56,298 nucleotides of DNA from Macrostomum lignano (lineage: Eukaryota), in assembly GCA_002269645.1 (NCBI GenBank), contig NIVC01004184.1:1-56298 (forward strand), written 5' to 3'. Below the pieces are notes generated by a model that ran no database searches, was not told the origin of the DNA, and saw nothing but the letters and a program-made list of their open reading frames with translations. Shown here piece by piece: positions 39,321 through 53,500 of the stretch (the stretch's first letter is position 1; each line of letters starts with the position of its first letter). The position numbers and the translations under genes were made by a program.

Positions 39321-39405
39321 ATCTCTCCTCTCTCTCTCCCTCTCTCTCCCTCTCTCTCCCTCTCTCCCTCTCTCTCCTCTCTCTCCCTCTCTCCCTCTCT
39401 CTCCC

Positions 39406-39493
<88 letters not shown>

Positions 39494-39530
39494 TCTCTCT
39501 CTCTTTCTTTCTCTCTCTCTTTCTCTCTCT
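38984..39530. repeat. (CT)n-type microsatellite with CCCT interruptions
   Basis: Direct reading. Confidence 0.97.
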
Positions 39531-40115
39531 ATATTTTAATTAATATTAATATTAATATAATATTTCGATTTTTTTTCTCTGATTTTTTTCTTTTTTCTGA
39601 CACTGTGTACGGTGCACCTGCCTTTTTTGTCTGAGCATTTGATAATTTTTATTTACCTTGTCTATTTATTTTGCCTTTTATATTACAATTGTTATCCTAC
39701 ACTTAAAGGTCGTTTAGCCCACTTGTACAGTTTTAGCCACCCCCTCCGCTTTCTCAGAGTCTCAGACTCGTTTTAATGTACTACTGGCCATGCGTACTGT
39801 TTTAAGTGTTTGTGCACACCTATTTATCGATCATCTCTCCCTGGCGATATCGCCATTATATATTGACGGCAATTCGCGCCAAATAAATTTTACATGCTTC
39901 CAGCCCTGACAAAGAATATACAATATTTGAAATATCGGCAATCCAACTAAATTGACTTTGTTCAGTCCTTTCAACCGTGTCAGGGCCTGAGATTGGAGGT
40001 GCCCTCCTCTCTCTCTCTCTGTCTCTTTCTCTCTCTCTCTCTCTCTCGGATTCAGTTCCCTTATTTTCTCTGCTGCTCAATGAACAAAGCGGGCATCTCA
40101 AGTTCCATATCTCAC

Positions 40116-40266
40116 CTGACTGATCGAGTCCGTCAGGCAGGTTATCGGCTCCAATGCTGCTAAATCCTGTTGGCCTGCCAACGCTTAGGGCAAGAACTTG
40201 ATGATGCAATTGTTGCAGACACGTCAGCAGCAGCAGCAGCTGCGCCCAGACTCTGCTCCTCGGCAT
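40116..40266 (-). CDS. Lectin/sushi gene exon 1: signal peptide
   Basis: ATG at 40266; MPRSRVWAQLLLLLTCLQQLHHQVLA...DQS g|gtgaga, 151 nt ending in phase 1 and in frame with exon 2. The link across the 5.8-kb intron is inferred from phase and the secretory architecture. Confidence 0.7.
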
Positions 40267-41394
40267 TGCCAATGCTGTTTTGTGTGCAAGATTGCTGAAA
40301 TCAATGTGATTTTTACTAAGCCAGAAAAAGTCTAATCACGAGTCTCGTAAATTTAGAGATTAAATACTTAGCAAGAGATTTTGTATCGAACTGTGTTTCA
40401 GTTTTTCAAAAGAAAAAGCAAATTACAAACATAAAATTGGCACAGATTTGCGCCTTAATAAAGGAAAGATTTGAGTCTCTTTACTCCAGTTTCGTGACCT
40501 GCAACAATTTACATAGAGCTGGTTTGCTTTGTGTTAACAATAAAGTTTGACTTACCACAGCTGCTCAAGTCTGCAATGCGGTTCTCAAAATTGAAACACC
40601 ACCAACTGTCGCCAGGAGGTCTGCGCAAACTACTCACAGTGTCCCGAGTGTTAATAAGAATTGTCTTCTCTCTCGCTAAATATCCAACCAAGTCGCGGGG
40701 TCACGGCCGGCCCACGGCCACCGATTGGTTAGTTGATGAAATCTCTGCGGACTCCAGGCCGAGAGTGTCAGGTGGGTCCGGCCCTAATGGAGAGGTGAAA
40801 ACTTAAGAGGCCGAGAGAGGCGTGGGATCGAAGCACGCCGAGTGCCCAATCCGCCCCTACCCTCTCTGTCTCTTTGTCTGCCTGTCTGTTTCTTTTCTGT
40901 AAATTACCGCCAATAGAAAACTGCAGGGGTGAAAGTTTGTTGCTTGCTGGCGGACCCAGTCTTGGTCTACAGTGCTTCTTTTGCAACGAATGAGGCAAAT
41001 GCATCAAGCCAGCGAGTAAAACGAAGAGAATGGAAAAAACAGCTGGAAGCCTTGCTTCTAGGAGTAGAGCAACTCAAACAATGGGGTTGCCGTAGCACGC
41101 GGCCTGAGCTGGTCTGCGGGGCAATTATCTTCTGACGTGCAGGGAGCTGATCCGCGCTAGAGTGAGGTGCCCAATTAATTATTTATTGGCCCATCAGGTG
41201 CGACAATATCAAGTTTACAGCCTCCAATGTGCAATATAAACACATTTAAACATTTTATTACTCTCAGTCCTCGCTACGAAAAAATGAGTCCACGAGTGCG
41301 CTGTAAAAAGTTGAGATTTGTAATAACTTTGCTGAGCGACATGCAAACATTACTACTGGTGTTTTTAGTGTATTATTTTAGTAAAGTGACAGTC

Positions 41395-42140
<746 letters not shown>

Positions 42141-44769
42141 CCTGCAGCATAGATGCTGGCGACACTGGGGGACCTCGTTGGGCGGTGCCAATTCTTTGTT
42201 CGGAGTGACGGATCGGTCGTAAATCGAATCGAATTAAACTTGTATTGTTACACAAAAAATGCAATAGAATCCGTTTTGAAATCTTTGTATGAGTTCCCAG
42301 AATTATCTGATGAGATGGGTTTCGACCTTTCGGCCCCCTTGTGGGGAAGCCTTCGGGCCTCAGGTCTCAGAAATAAATCAATTAGAGTCCTGGCCCCCCA
42401 CTCCTGTCAGATGGTCAGCCCCATGGTAGCTTGATCGTGTGGCGAGCAGCCTAGGTCCTATAGCTAAGAGAGGGACAGCGAGAGACAAGCAGGGAGAATT
42501 TTGAAGGTAGAAATTAGTTAATCCGCAGATTAGCTAACTCGCTGCCACCAGCCCGTACGTCCTGGCTCACCACACCGGAACTTTCGAAATCGGGCTTCCG
42601 ACTAGAAGGGGCTTTGCACTTACCTGCCAACTAGTGTCTTTTTGCTGTCAATCTCGAAGTCATAGCCGATGATAAGGGACACTGCTGGGACTAGATCGCA
42701 TTGGCCATGCAGGTACAGAGGGGACTTATGCAGGGGATTCTTGCAGTGGCGAGACTATGGGGTAGCTACATGTACTATTACATTGCTAAATACGAAGAAT
42801 TGTACTTTTGGCCTTCAACGCGCCAACCAGCCTCTCCTAGCGCTGATGATAGGCTAACTCGAACCTCAGAGACCGCATGATTCATCACCCGAGCCGCTTG
42901 GCTAACCAAGAGTGCACAAAGTACATCTCTGGCGCCGATTCTGCACTATTGGCAATTTCGCTAACTGATTTGATAGATTGATCCACTGAGAACTGCCTTG
43001 CCATTGGTCCACTGTGACCGGCGCCTACTAGCCTAGCTATTCATCTGAGCCATCGGCGAACATAGAAATAAAACCGATAAAAAAACTGTTAGATTTAACC
43101 TTTTCCTTGGATCACTTCACACTTCAGATTGAATTGGAGTTTTAGACTACTAGCAGTATTATTGAACGACTTCTGCCTTGATTACAGCACTACCGAACAA
43201 AATGAGAAAAAGTGTGCGCCTAGTCCAGCTACTGAAATAGGGGACAGATAAGGAATCATCCAATCAAGCAAGTCTAGGTAGCCTCTCTCCCAACCAATCA
43301 GAAACTCAACAGCCGGAGACCAGGTATCTACAGTGACCGAATCGGCTTAGTGCTTCGCAGCTGTAGGCCCGGGATGATGCTGATGTCGCAATCTTCGCTG
43401 ATAGCTAGCAGGTGATGCTCTTCACTTTGATGTTCACTGCTGATGACCGGGGGGATTCGTCCTTGATGATGATGGGGGGAGTCGCAATCCTGGGATCAAG
43501 AAACGACGGTCGGGCCAGGGAGAGAGCCAGTTCCTGGCCGGATTCCAGCAAGGGTTAGGAAGGTAAGTCCGAGCGGGCCAAAAACACCGGTTTAAATAGC
43601 CGCCAACTGGACCGCAGTTTGTTATAATGGAACACGTCTATTCTGATTGGCTGAGCCGGTTTGTTAAAATGAGCGTCGAATTTTCTGATTGGCTAAGCTT
43701 GTTGCCACCCAGAATCACGTGACCGGGAGATCCTATCAGTTCCCTCGGGATTGTAAAAAGATGACAGGTGCGGCCATAAATCAATCAAAATCGCAAGAAA
43801 ATGATTTATGACTTTTCGCGTAGAATTGACAAAAATTAATGAAAAAAATATACATTAGAAAGCTCTTATTAAGTAGAAAGTGAAGATAATGAAGAGAAAT
43901 CGCTAATCGCTAATCCCAACCTACTTTTAGGGGTAAAACGCATAGCTGTCAAAGCTGTCACACGCTTGAGTGAACACGAACAATATAGGCCCTGACCTCA
44001 TAAATCTTGATGGCCTGTCAAAACGATGAGAAAAAAGCTATCATTCGCATCCTCTCAGACCATCTGGTGCCAGCCCCAGCACTGAGTGAGGCGCAGGTGG
44101 CTGTAAGACCAGCTTCGAAAGCGATGATTTATGACCCAAAAAGCTGCGCCTATGTTATAATGACTACTAGTATGACCAAACATTATATCTAGTATAGATT
44201 CTATGACAATTTGCTGAAAAAGGATAAAAATGCCCATTGCCCACTGTTAGTAGGCTAGTAAGTTTAGAGCCCATGTGCTAGCGCGGGATTTGGAAAAAAG
44301 TGCGTCCTCATCAGTTGCTTTAAAACGACTCATATGAAAAATGAGTAGTATTCAGGCAGAATGAGACTGATTTATGACTTGATTGCCTTCTTCCGTGAGC
44401 CATGGCCTCCCGCCGTTCTTCCCCAGCACTCTCAGCATGCACAGGAGTTTTTTATGGAGCCATTTCTTTTATACGTCATTTTTCAGGCTTTGTGAGAGAT
44501 TTACGATTCAAAGTATTATTCCTCTACTTTTCTCAGTAGTCTAAATTGAATATCTCACAGAATGCTCGTATTTGAAGTTTAGTTTGTAAATCGTTCTGCT
44601 TTTCAATGCAAAATGCGCTAGCGAGATAGAAAGTTTTCTGTATGTAGAAGAAACTTCAAAATATGTCAACTTCTGGACTTTCAATTTATCGTATACGAGA
44701 TACAAACTCGCTTGAGAAAGAACCGCAATTACAAAGAATTACGGATTATTTTTACTCTTGTTGTTGTTA

Positions 44770-45079
<310 letters not shown>

Positions 45080-46108
45080 AAAATTTTAGTTGGCTTTAAT
45101 TTTCAGTTGGCTTTAATTTTCAGTTGGCTTTAATTTTCAGTTGGCTTTAATTTTCAGTTGGCTTTAATTTTCAGTTGGCTTTAATTTTCAGTTGGCTTTA
45201 ATTTTCAGTTGGCTTTAATTTTCAGTTGGCTTTAATTTTCAGTTGGCTTTAATTTTCAGTTGGCTTTAATTTTCAGTTGGCTTTAATTTTCAGTTGGCTT
45301 TAATTTTCAGTTGGCTTTAATTTTCAGTTGGCTTTAATTTTCAGTTGGCTTTAATTTTCAGTTGGCTTTAATTTTCAGTTGGCTTTAATTTTCAGTTGGC
45401 TTTAATTTTCAGTTGGCTTTAATTTTCAGTTGGCTTTAATTTTCAGTTGGCTTTAATTTTCAGTTGGCTTTAATTTTCAGTTGGCTTTAATTTTCAGTTG
45501 GCTTTAATTTTCAGTTGGCTTTAATTTTCAGTTGGCTTTAATTTTCAGTTGGCTTTAATTTTCAGTTGGCTTTAATTTTCAGTTGGCTTTAATTTTCAGT
45601 TGGCTTTAATTTTCAGTTGGCTTTAATTTTCAGTTGGCTTTAATTTTCAGTTGGCTTTAATTTTCAGTTGGCTTTAATTTTCAGTTGGCTTTAATTTTCA
45701 GTTGGCTTTAATTTTCAGTTGGCTTTAATTTTCAGTTGGCTTTAATTTTCAGTTGGCTTTAATTTTCAGTTGGCTTTAATTTTCAGTTGGCTTTAATTTT
45801 CAGTTGGCTTTAATTTTCAGTTGGCTTTAATTTTCAGTTGGCTTTAATTTTCAGTTGGCTTTAATTTTCAGTTGGCTTTAATTTTCAGTTGGCTTTAATT
45901 TTCAGTTGGCTTTAATTTTCAGTTGGCTTTAATTTTCAGTTGGCTTTAATTTTCAGTTGGCTTTAATTTTCAGTTGGCTTTAATTTTCAGTTGGCTTTAA
46001 TTTTCAGTTGGCTTTAATTTTCAGTTGGCTTTAATTTTCAGTTGGCTTTAATTTTCAGTTGGCTTTAATTTTCAGTTGGCTTTAATTTTCAGTTGGCTTT
46101 AATTTTCA
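45080..46108. repeat. 17-bp tandem array (aattttcagttggcttt), about 60 essentially identical copies
   Basis: Direct reading; abuts the 5' end of the retrotransposon. Confidence 0.98.
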
Positions 46109-49100
46109 CGCCTGATGGCGTGGAGATTGGTCGCCCACCTCCGGCCTAGCGCAGCCAGGTGCCAACGGTGTCGCCGTCACTGCCTGTGACCGTGCGGCAA
46201 CTAAGCTGGCGACCCACCGGGGACGACGTAGCGAGCAGGGCTCTGCACGCCGACGGCAGCGCTTCAATGCCCGGCGTAAGAAGCTCCGTTCCGATGCTCG
46301 TCGGACCCACCAGGACTCGCGGCCTGCCCAGCCGGAGCCTCGAGAGCCGGTGCCTACATCCATTCCGGCCCCCCGCACTGCAAGCGCAAGCAGAACAAGC
46401 CGAGAGAGAAGTCGGCCGCACCTTTCGAACCAGATTCGACTCGCCACGTTCAACGCCCGCACCCTCAGTCTCTGGTGGAGGCTGCAGGAGTTGACTCGGC
46501 TAGCGGTGGATCTGGAGATCTCTATTCTGGCCATCCAAGAGCACCGCAGGAGCAGAGATGAAAGCGCGGACCTGGGCCTCGGGTGGCAATTCAAGGCTGC
46601 CCCAGCCACGCCACGTGGGATCGGAGGCATTGGCTTTCTGCTCTCGCCCGCCGCATCCAAAGCCCTGCTGGATGTCAGATTCATCTCTGAGCGCCTCGGA
46701 CACGCATCCTTTGCCCTGAAGGATCGGCGCCTGCATGTCGTCTGTGTCTACGCCCCCACAGCCCTCGGACCAGCGAGAATCCGGCAGACACAGATGCCCT
46801 GTATGACACTCTGGGTCATCTGCTTGATTCTCTCCCTGCCCGCGATTCAGTTTTTGTCGTTGGCGATTTCAATGCGCCCCTCCCCGCTGATGGCCGCCTG
46901 GTGAAGAACAACTGTGGCACTCCAAATGCCAACTCTGATCACCTGTCCTGCTTCATCCAGGCAAGGGACCTGACGCCTGTTAATGGCTTTCTGCGGCAGC
47001 GCTATTGCAAGATCCCGACCTTCTTTGGCCCCAATGGACGGACCACCCGGCTAGACTGGATACTCTGCCCCTCTGCCCTCAGGTCCAGAGTGCGCAGAGT
47101 GCTCAACATTCGTCCTAGCTGCGTGAGGTCCGATCATAGTCTGGTGGCCTGCGACACTGACTTGCGCTGGTCCAAGCTGAAGTGCCCCCCTCCTCACCCG
47201 CTATGGGCTGACCTGAGGAATCCAGCTACGCGGGCAGCCTTTCTGGACAGGCTGCGTGCTGCAACTCCCGCTTTGAATGAGTCGGCCGACTCCTTCACCA
47301 GGGCTGTCGAGGATGCAGCATCCATTCTCCCAAGACGGATGGCAAACCATCCCAAGGCGCTGTGGGACAACGATCCTGCAATCAGTCAAGCGCGACGACA
47401 CGTGCAGAGCGTCACCGCCCTCCATGGCGATGATAGCGACCAGGCCAACACTGCCCGGGACCAGCTGCAAGTCATCTATGCCCAGCGAACCGAGGTGTTT
47501 GTTGAAGAGGCAGTGAGCGAGATCCAGCTAGCGACCGACAACTGCCGCCACAGCGCTGCTTGGCGGGCCATCAACCAGCTGACTGGCAGGAAGCCCAGGC
47601 CTAGCGCAGTTGTTGGCGCGGACTCCATCGAGCATCGCAAGACTCAGCTGGTCAACCACTACCGCGATGTGCTTAATGCTCCTGCACAAAATTTACTTCT
47701 TTTACCAATCCCAGACTTTGTCCCAGCAGAACCTAGCGTCTTCAACGTTGGCCCTATCACAACGAGCGAGGTTGGCCGGGCTCTGAGGACCATGCGTGCC
47801 GACGCCGCTGCTGGGGTGGATACGATTCCTCCCAGGGTCCTGAAGCTACCAGAGCTGACCCCCGCCATCACCGAGGTGCTGAACAAGCACTGCAGTCTTG
47901 GAGGCGACGCGGCCGCCTGCGCGCCCCCACAATGGCGCACCTCCAAGATCGTTTCCATCCCGAAGAAGGGGGCTTCTACAAGCCTGGACAACCAGCGTGG
48001 CATTGCGCTGGAATGTATCACGGCAAAGTTGCTGAATGCTGTGCTGCGCAACCGCCTCCTGCCAGGTCTCAACCCACTGCTGCTGAGTCTCCAGAGCGGT
48101 TTTCGGCCAGGCAGGTCCACCACTGAGCAGGTTGCAACCATCCGCTCAATCATTGAGGCCTGCAAGACCCGCCTCCGCTCCGTGTCGATTGTCTTCGTGG
48201 ATTTCCGGAAGGCTTTTGACTCGGTGGCCAGGCTAGCGATTGCATGGCTGCTGTCCTACTACGGCGTCCCCCCTTCACTGGTGGCTGCGGTGATGGATCT
48301 GTACAGCGATTCCAGGGCATTTGTTCAGTCGAGCGACGGCCCCACTGATGAGTTCAGCACAAGCTCTGGCGTCCTTCAGGGCGACACGCTGGCTCCTCTG
48401 CTTTTCATCATGGTCGTGGACTACGTGCTGCGCCGGTCTCTCCATGATGACGACGGCTATGTGCTAGTCCCACGTCGAAGCTCCCGACACCCTGCAGTCC
48501 CGCTGCCGGCTCTTGCGTATGCCGACGACATCGCACTCCTCTGTCGCGATCCAGCTGCTGCCCAACGCGCTCTCTTAAGACTCTGCGAGGAGGGCGCTCG
48601 GGTTGGACTGATGATCAACGCACTGAAGACAGAAGTGCTGCACGTGGGCACTGATACCGCCCCGGCACTAGATCTGCCCAACGGAGACGCCATCGCGGTG
48701 TGCGAGGACTTTCGGTACCTCGGCTCCCTGGTGATGAGTCCCGACTCCATCGTCTCCGACAGAAGGAATCAGGCCTGGCGTGCGGCGCACCTTCTCAGGA
48801 ACGTCTTCAACTCTGCTGCAAGAGACAGCCTGAAGGTGCGCCTCTTCCGCGCTGCCGTTGAGCCTATCCTTCTGTACGGCATGGAAGCAGTGCCGATGAC
48901 CGCCACGCGAGAGAAAGCCCTGGACGCGCTATACAGGTCCCTGCTGCGCCACGCCCTGGGCGTGCACTACCCGGAGAGGCTGCCGTCCAGAGACCTGATG
49001 GTTCGCGCCGGCGTCCCAGCCCTGAGCGTCACCCTGCGCCGGCGCCGCCAGATGCTGCTGGGCCACTGTCTGAGGAGCCACGGTCGCGGCGAGCGAAACC

Positions 49101-49304
49101 CGCTTGCGCTGGTCCTCCTGCACCAACCGACCGAGCGGCTGCGCCGCGGCCAAGGAAGAACTGTGACGCTAATTACCACTCTGTTGGCTGACTTGCAGGC
49201 TATCGGACTTCATCCCCAGTCCGCCATGGCCTGCCCCTCCCGACTGTTCTGCGAGCGCGTGCGCGCAAAAGCTATCTAACTTTTTGCGTCTATATATATA
49301 TATA

Positions 49305-49306
<2 letters not shown>
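46109..49306 (+). mobile_element. Non-LTR retrotransposon, RTE-like (single APE-RT ORF), apparently full-length with one frameshift
   Basis: APE motifs LATFNARTL, ILAIQEHRR, VYAPT, VVGDFNA, RLDWILC, SDH. RT motifs QSGFRPGRST, FVDFRKAFDSV, GVLQGDTLAPLLF, YADD, FRYLGS. RTE-type C-terminus LRRRRQMLLGHCLR...RRGQGR. Frame change at about 46762-46764; stop at 49279; short 3' UTR and (TA)8 tail. Confidence 0.93.
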
Positions 49307-49561
<255 letters not shown>

Positions 49562-50574
49562 TTGAAACTGCAGTAAAAGGGATTTTGCTTAGCTGAGTTC
49601 TCTACTCTTTGTCTGAGTTGAAGGAGTCTGGACGATTTGCCAGTGAGGCCCGGAATCAACCTCGGACAAACACGGACGCAGGCCTCGTTTCAAATTCTGA
49701 AGCTAAGAAAGGTGAGATATTGTTAATCAAATTTTCGGTAAAAATTCGCACTTTTCCGCCATTGACTTTGCAGCGAGACTTATTTCTTCGGAGTACATCT
49801 GGAATTATTGTAGCTAAGCTGTAGACACGGTGCATCGCGCACAGAACTTTCTTTCTGAGTTGAAAACACAAACTCTAAAAAATGATTTCCTGAGCTAGCT
49901 GTTGCAGTGCTATTGTATAGCCATTACACCGTTCATTCATTTCTCCTGCATTTCATTCATTCCAAATAAGAAATATAAAAACTGTTCTGTGAGGGCTATC
50001 GTGCGTTCTATTGTGTGCCAACCGCCCCCTCCTTGCCCGACGGCATTAGGGCAAGTGTGTCTCTCTCTGTCTCTCTCAGGCTTTGTCAAACGGGAGTTCT
50101 CTTGTCTAGCTGGAGGGTGGGTTGGCCAGTCGCACTCCCTAAAAGATTCTCAGAAGAAGCAGACATTAGCAGCAGTGGCACAGAGCCCAAGTGTGGGTGG
50201 TTGGTGGGTGGGCATAGGTGCTCTGCTCGAGGTGGGGCAAGTGGGTGGGACTCGAGCTGGTGCTGGGCGGGGCGAACCGCCGTCCCCCCAGAAGGGCATC
50301 AAGAAGGCTGCGCCCAGCCCCCTTGCGAAGGCTGAAAAGAAAGATGGGTGGGTAACTGGGTGGGTACCGGCCATCTCTTAATCAGAAGGTAAAAACGACA
50401 CAGAGTTTCTTCGAAGCTATACTGCCTAAGATTTTATACAGCGCACATCGTGCAAAATTGACAAATATCGAAGCTTTATCTGAGCTTAAATCTGTCTAAT
50501 AGAGTCGAATTTTTATTGCATTCGTTTGCCATTCGCATCGGATCAGAGAGTTGCAACTTTGGTAACGAAAAATA

Positions 50575-53500
50575 ATGGCAGCATTTAGAGCAGCTCTGCT
50601 GCTGCTGTCTGTGCTAATCGGTAAGTTTTCAACTGTTGACCTCGCGTCCGGTAGGAGTCTCATACAGGTTGCTTTCAAATCCGTGCCGCAGATTCATACA
50701 CCAGATAGATGGCTCATTTCCATTTTCCAATGCGGAATGCTTTTTCAATTCACTACTCGTAAGGTTGTGACCCTTCTAGATTTCATCGGAACCAGTTCCA
50801 ACCATAGTATTTAGTCGTGTAGGATCTATGCTCTATGCGTACATTGTCGGTTTCAGGCATAGCAAGACCAATTTCAAAGTTCAAGTGCCTGGGCCCATGG
50901 AAATAATGCAGATTGAGCTACTGAAAAAGGGCTTTATTGTACCTTTATGCTAGGCGAAATGAGGGTGACGTAGAACATTATATTGAATCTGAATACTTTC
51001 GGTCATGGGGTATTTAAGCTATAAACTTTCGAATCAGTTTTCGAAGTAAATTTGAAATCCTATTAACAACCAATCTGAACTACAGGTCATCATGCGAGTA
51101 TTGTGAACGGTGTTAACCCCTGCGAATTGACTTCCGGCTTCTACATCAACCTTGACTTTACGGAGAACTACGGTCGTAAGTATCAAACGGGGGGAGCAAC
51201 GGGGGGGCAGCTCAACGGTAAACGCATCCGACTCTCGCTCCCCGAGTTGTGCAAAAAATTGTCGAGGGGCTGTCGTGCGATTCACACCCACGAGGGCCGA
51301 CCCCAAGGCACAGAGAGTGTACATGCCTGACGATTAGACAGTCAGGGGCCGCTGTACACCCTGTGTGAGCGTGTGCATGAGTGCGTACCTGTGTACAGTA
51401 TTGGCGCGCTTCAATAGTCAGCGGAATGGGCAGAGTTGCCTCACTGCTGATTGTTGAGTAATGTTGCCGAATGCTTTGCACCAGGATGCCCACAGCCCTC
51501 CTGTGAATATTTTGTTGGTATAAGTATCTCGTGCTGCATCATTTAGGGATGCAATCATATAACCATCGCACGACAATTATTTTTGCCAATAATAACTTAA
51601 AAGCCTACAAATTCGCACAGCCGGAGATCACCTGCCAACGCTCGGCGAAGAAAGGAGCGTGTCGGTCATCTTTGGCACAGTCAGACAGGCCAGCGATCCG
51701 AAGACCAACGAGACAATTGTATTGAGGATTTTCAACAACACCAACAATCTGTTCTTTAATAAGACCGCGTTTGACGCAGTACGCGAGTACTTCCAGCTCA
51801 GCGTCCGTTCCGGTGTCGGATACATCAGCCTCAAGCAGGGCATCGACCGAGAGGTTGGTTCTGAAGAGAGTTGAATCACACTGAATTCCCTATTAAAAAT
51901 CACCCTACATTCATGACACGCTTTTCTATCTGCAGATCATGGACATCCGTGTCTCCTCATTTCCTGGCACGACAGGAATCGGTGTCACAATAGATTTCGG
52001 CATCGAATGCCTGCCGGATTCGGGCATTGCCAGGGTGAGTACAGAACTGTCGCTGCTAAAAAAATTCTATAAGTTTCCAGCATTTTTAGAACCATATTTA
52101 CTGCATTTTGTAGAACTTGACTGCAAGAGTTACTATTAATGATGTTAACGACAACAGCCCAGTGTTCTACAACACATCGACGAATTTGGTTCAAACTGTA
52201 TACGCAGGCTTCATTCGAGAAGTAAGTCTGCTTTGATTTTAAAATTTCAAATCGGATAATGTTTCAGTTTTAAACTTTCAAAATTAACTGCCACTTGTTT
52301 TGTAGAACACGCCAACTGGAGTCCTGCAGTTCCTAGGTGCCCAAGCCAGAGATTTAGACGATGCAAGCAACGCTGTGGTCACAATATCTGTGTTGAATGA
52401 CACGTACTTACAGACGAGAGAAATTGGATCAGATGTTCGACTGTACACCAACCGACCGTTGGACTATGAGTCTTTCGGTGTGCCATCGCCTAATATTTCA
52501 GTACTGGTGATTGCTAAGGTAACCGTGTAGCAAAACTGCTATTGCTCATTGTTTTCTCGCACTTCCCCAAGTAATTATAATTGAGTCGCGAAATTCTGAT
52601 AGACCGTTTAAACAATGTGACACTTTGTTTCAGGATTCCCCAGCCAACGCTTCTATGGCCCTGACATCTACAGCAACCATTGTGTTTAGTGTACTGGATG
52701 AAGATGACCTGCCACCAAAGTTCATTGTCTCTGGTTGCACTCTGTACTTGTCAGTGTGTCTGAATCCAACCTACACCAGCAGCATTATCAGCAACGTTAA
52801 TGTAAGTCTCAAGCATTGTAGTTATTGTTTGTTGTATTTATCCTTACAAACCAGATCTAATCCGCGTTTTTTTAGGCCTCGGGTCCGCTAGCAGTCCAAC
52901 CAGGTCCCATTCTGGCATTGGACCAAGACTCACTGAACTTCAGCACCCGCTACTCCATTGTCGCAGGTAAATGACCGAAATAGAGGAAAGCATGCTAGTG
53001 TACGATCTCTCTCAGGGTGGTATATTTACTAGCTTGCAAAAAAGTTTATTTGCATTAAATGCAATTCATACGTACCTTCAGGGAACTTTTCGTCAAGTTT
53101 TTTCATCGACGAAATAACTGGCCAAGTGACTCAGCTTGCTCCGATTGATCGCCAAGTCGCCGCAACGGTTACACTCGTCATCAGGGTAAGAATATAGTTT
53201 AAGTTTTGCCCTTCATTCGTCATTAGTCTTGAGCATAGCTGTGAAATAACGATTCAATGATTGTGTCATTTTTTCTCTCAGGCCTCGCAATTCACCACTC
53301 GGACTGACGTGACCAATAACAACCTGTACGATACAGCAGTCCTCATCATCAGCGTCGACGCGCAGGACACTTTTGCCCCGACGCTGAGCTTCAATATGCC
53401 GCCAGATCAACTGACGGTAACTGAGAACTCCCCGATTGGGACGCTAGTGATGAACACAACAGGAGAAATATTTAAGCTGATAGTTTCTGATCGCGACTTG

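Noticed and set aside
38927-39634. Ser/Leu-rich ORFs
   Set aside because: Translations of the (CT)n tract.
40509-41135. Short ORFs upstream of the lectin gene, one ending at a gtaagt donor on the - strand
   Set aside because: No recognisable domain or consistent multi-exon frame; may be 5' UTR or promoter sequence.
42150-44700. Unique-looking region with short ORFs, two ttctgattggct (CCAAT) motifs and tcacgtga (43641-43722)
   Set aside because: No transposase, RT or terminal repeats could be identified, and short motifs alone do not support a promoter or element call.
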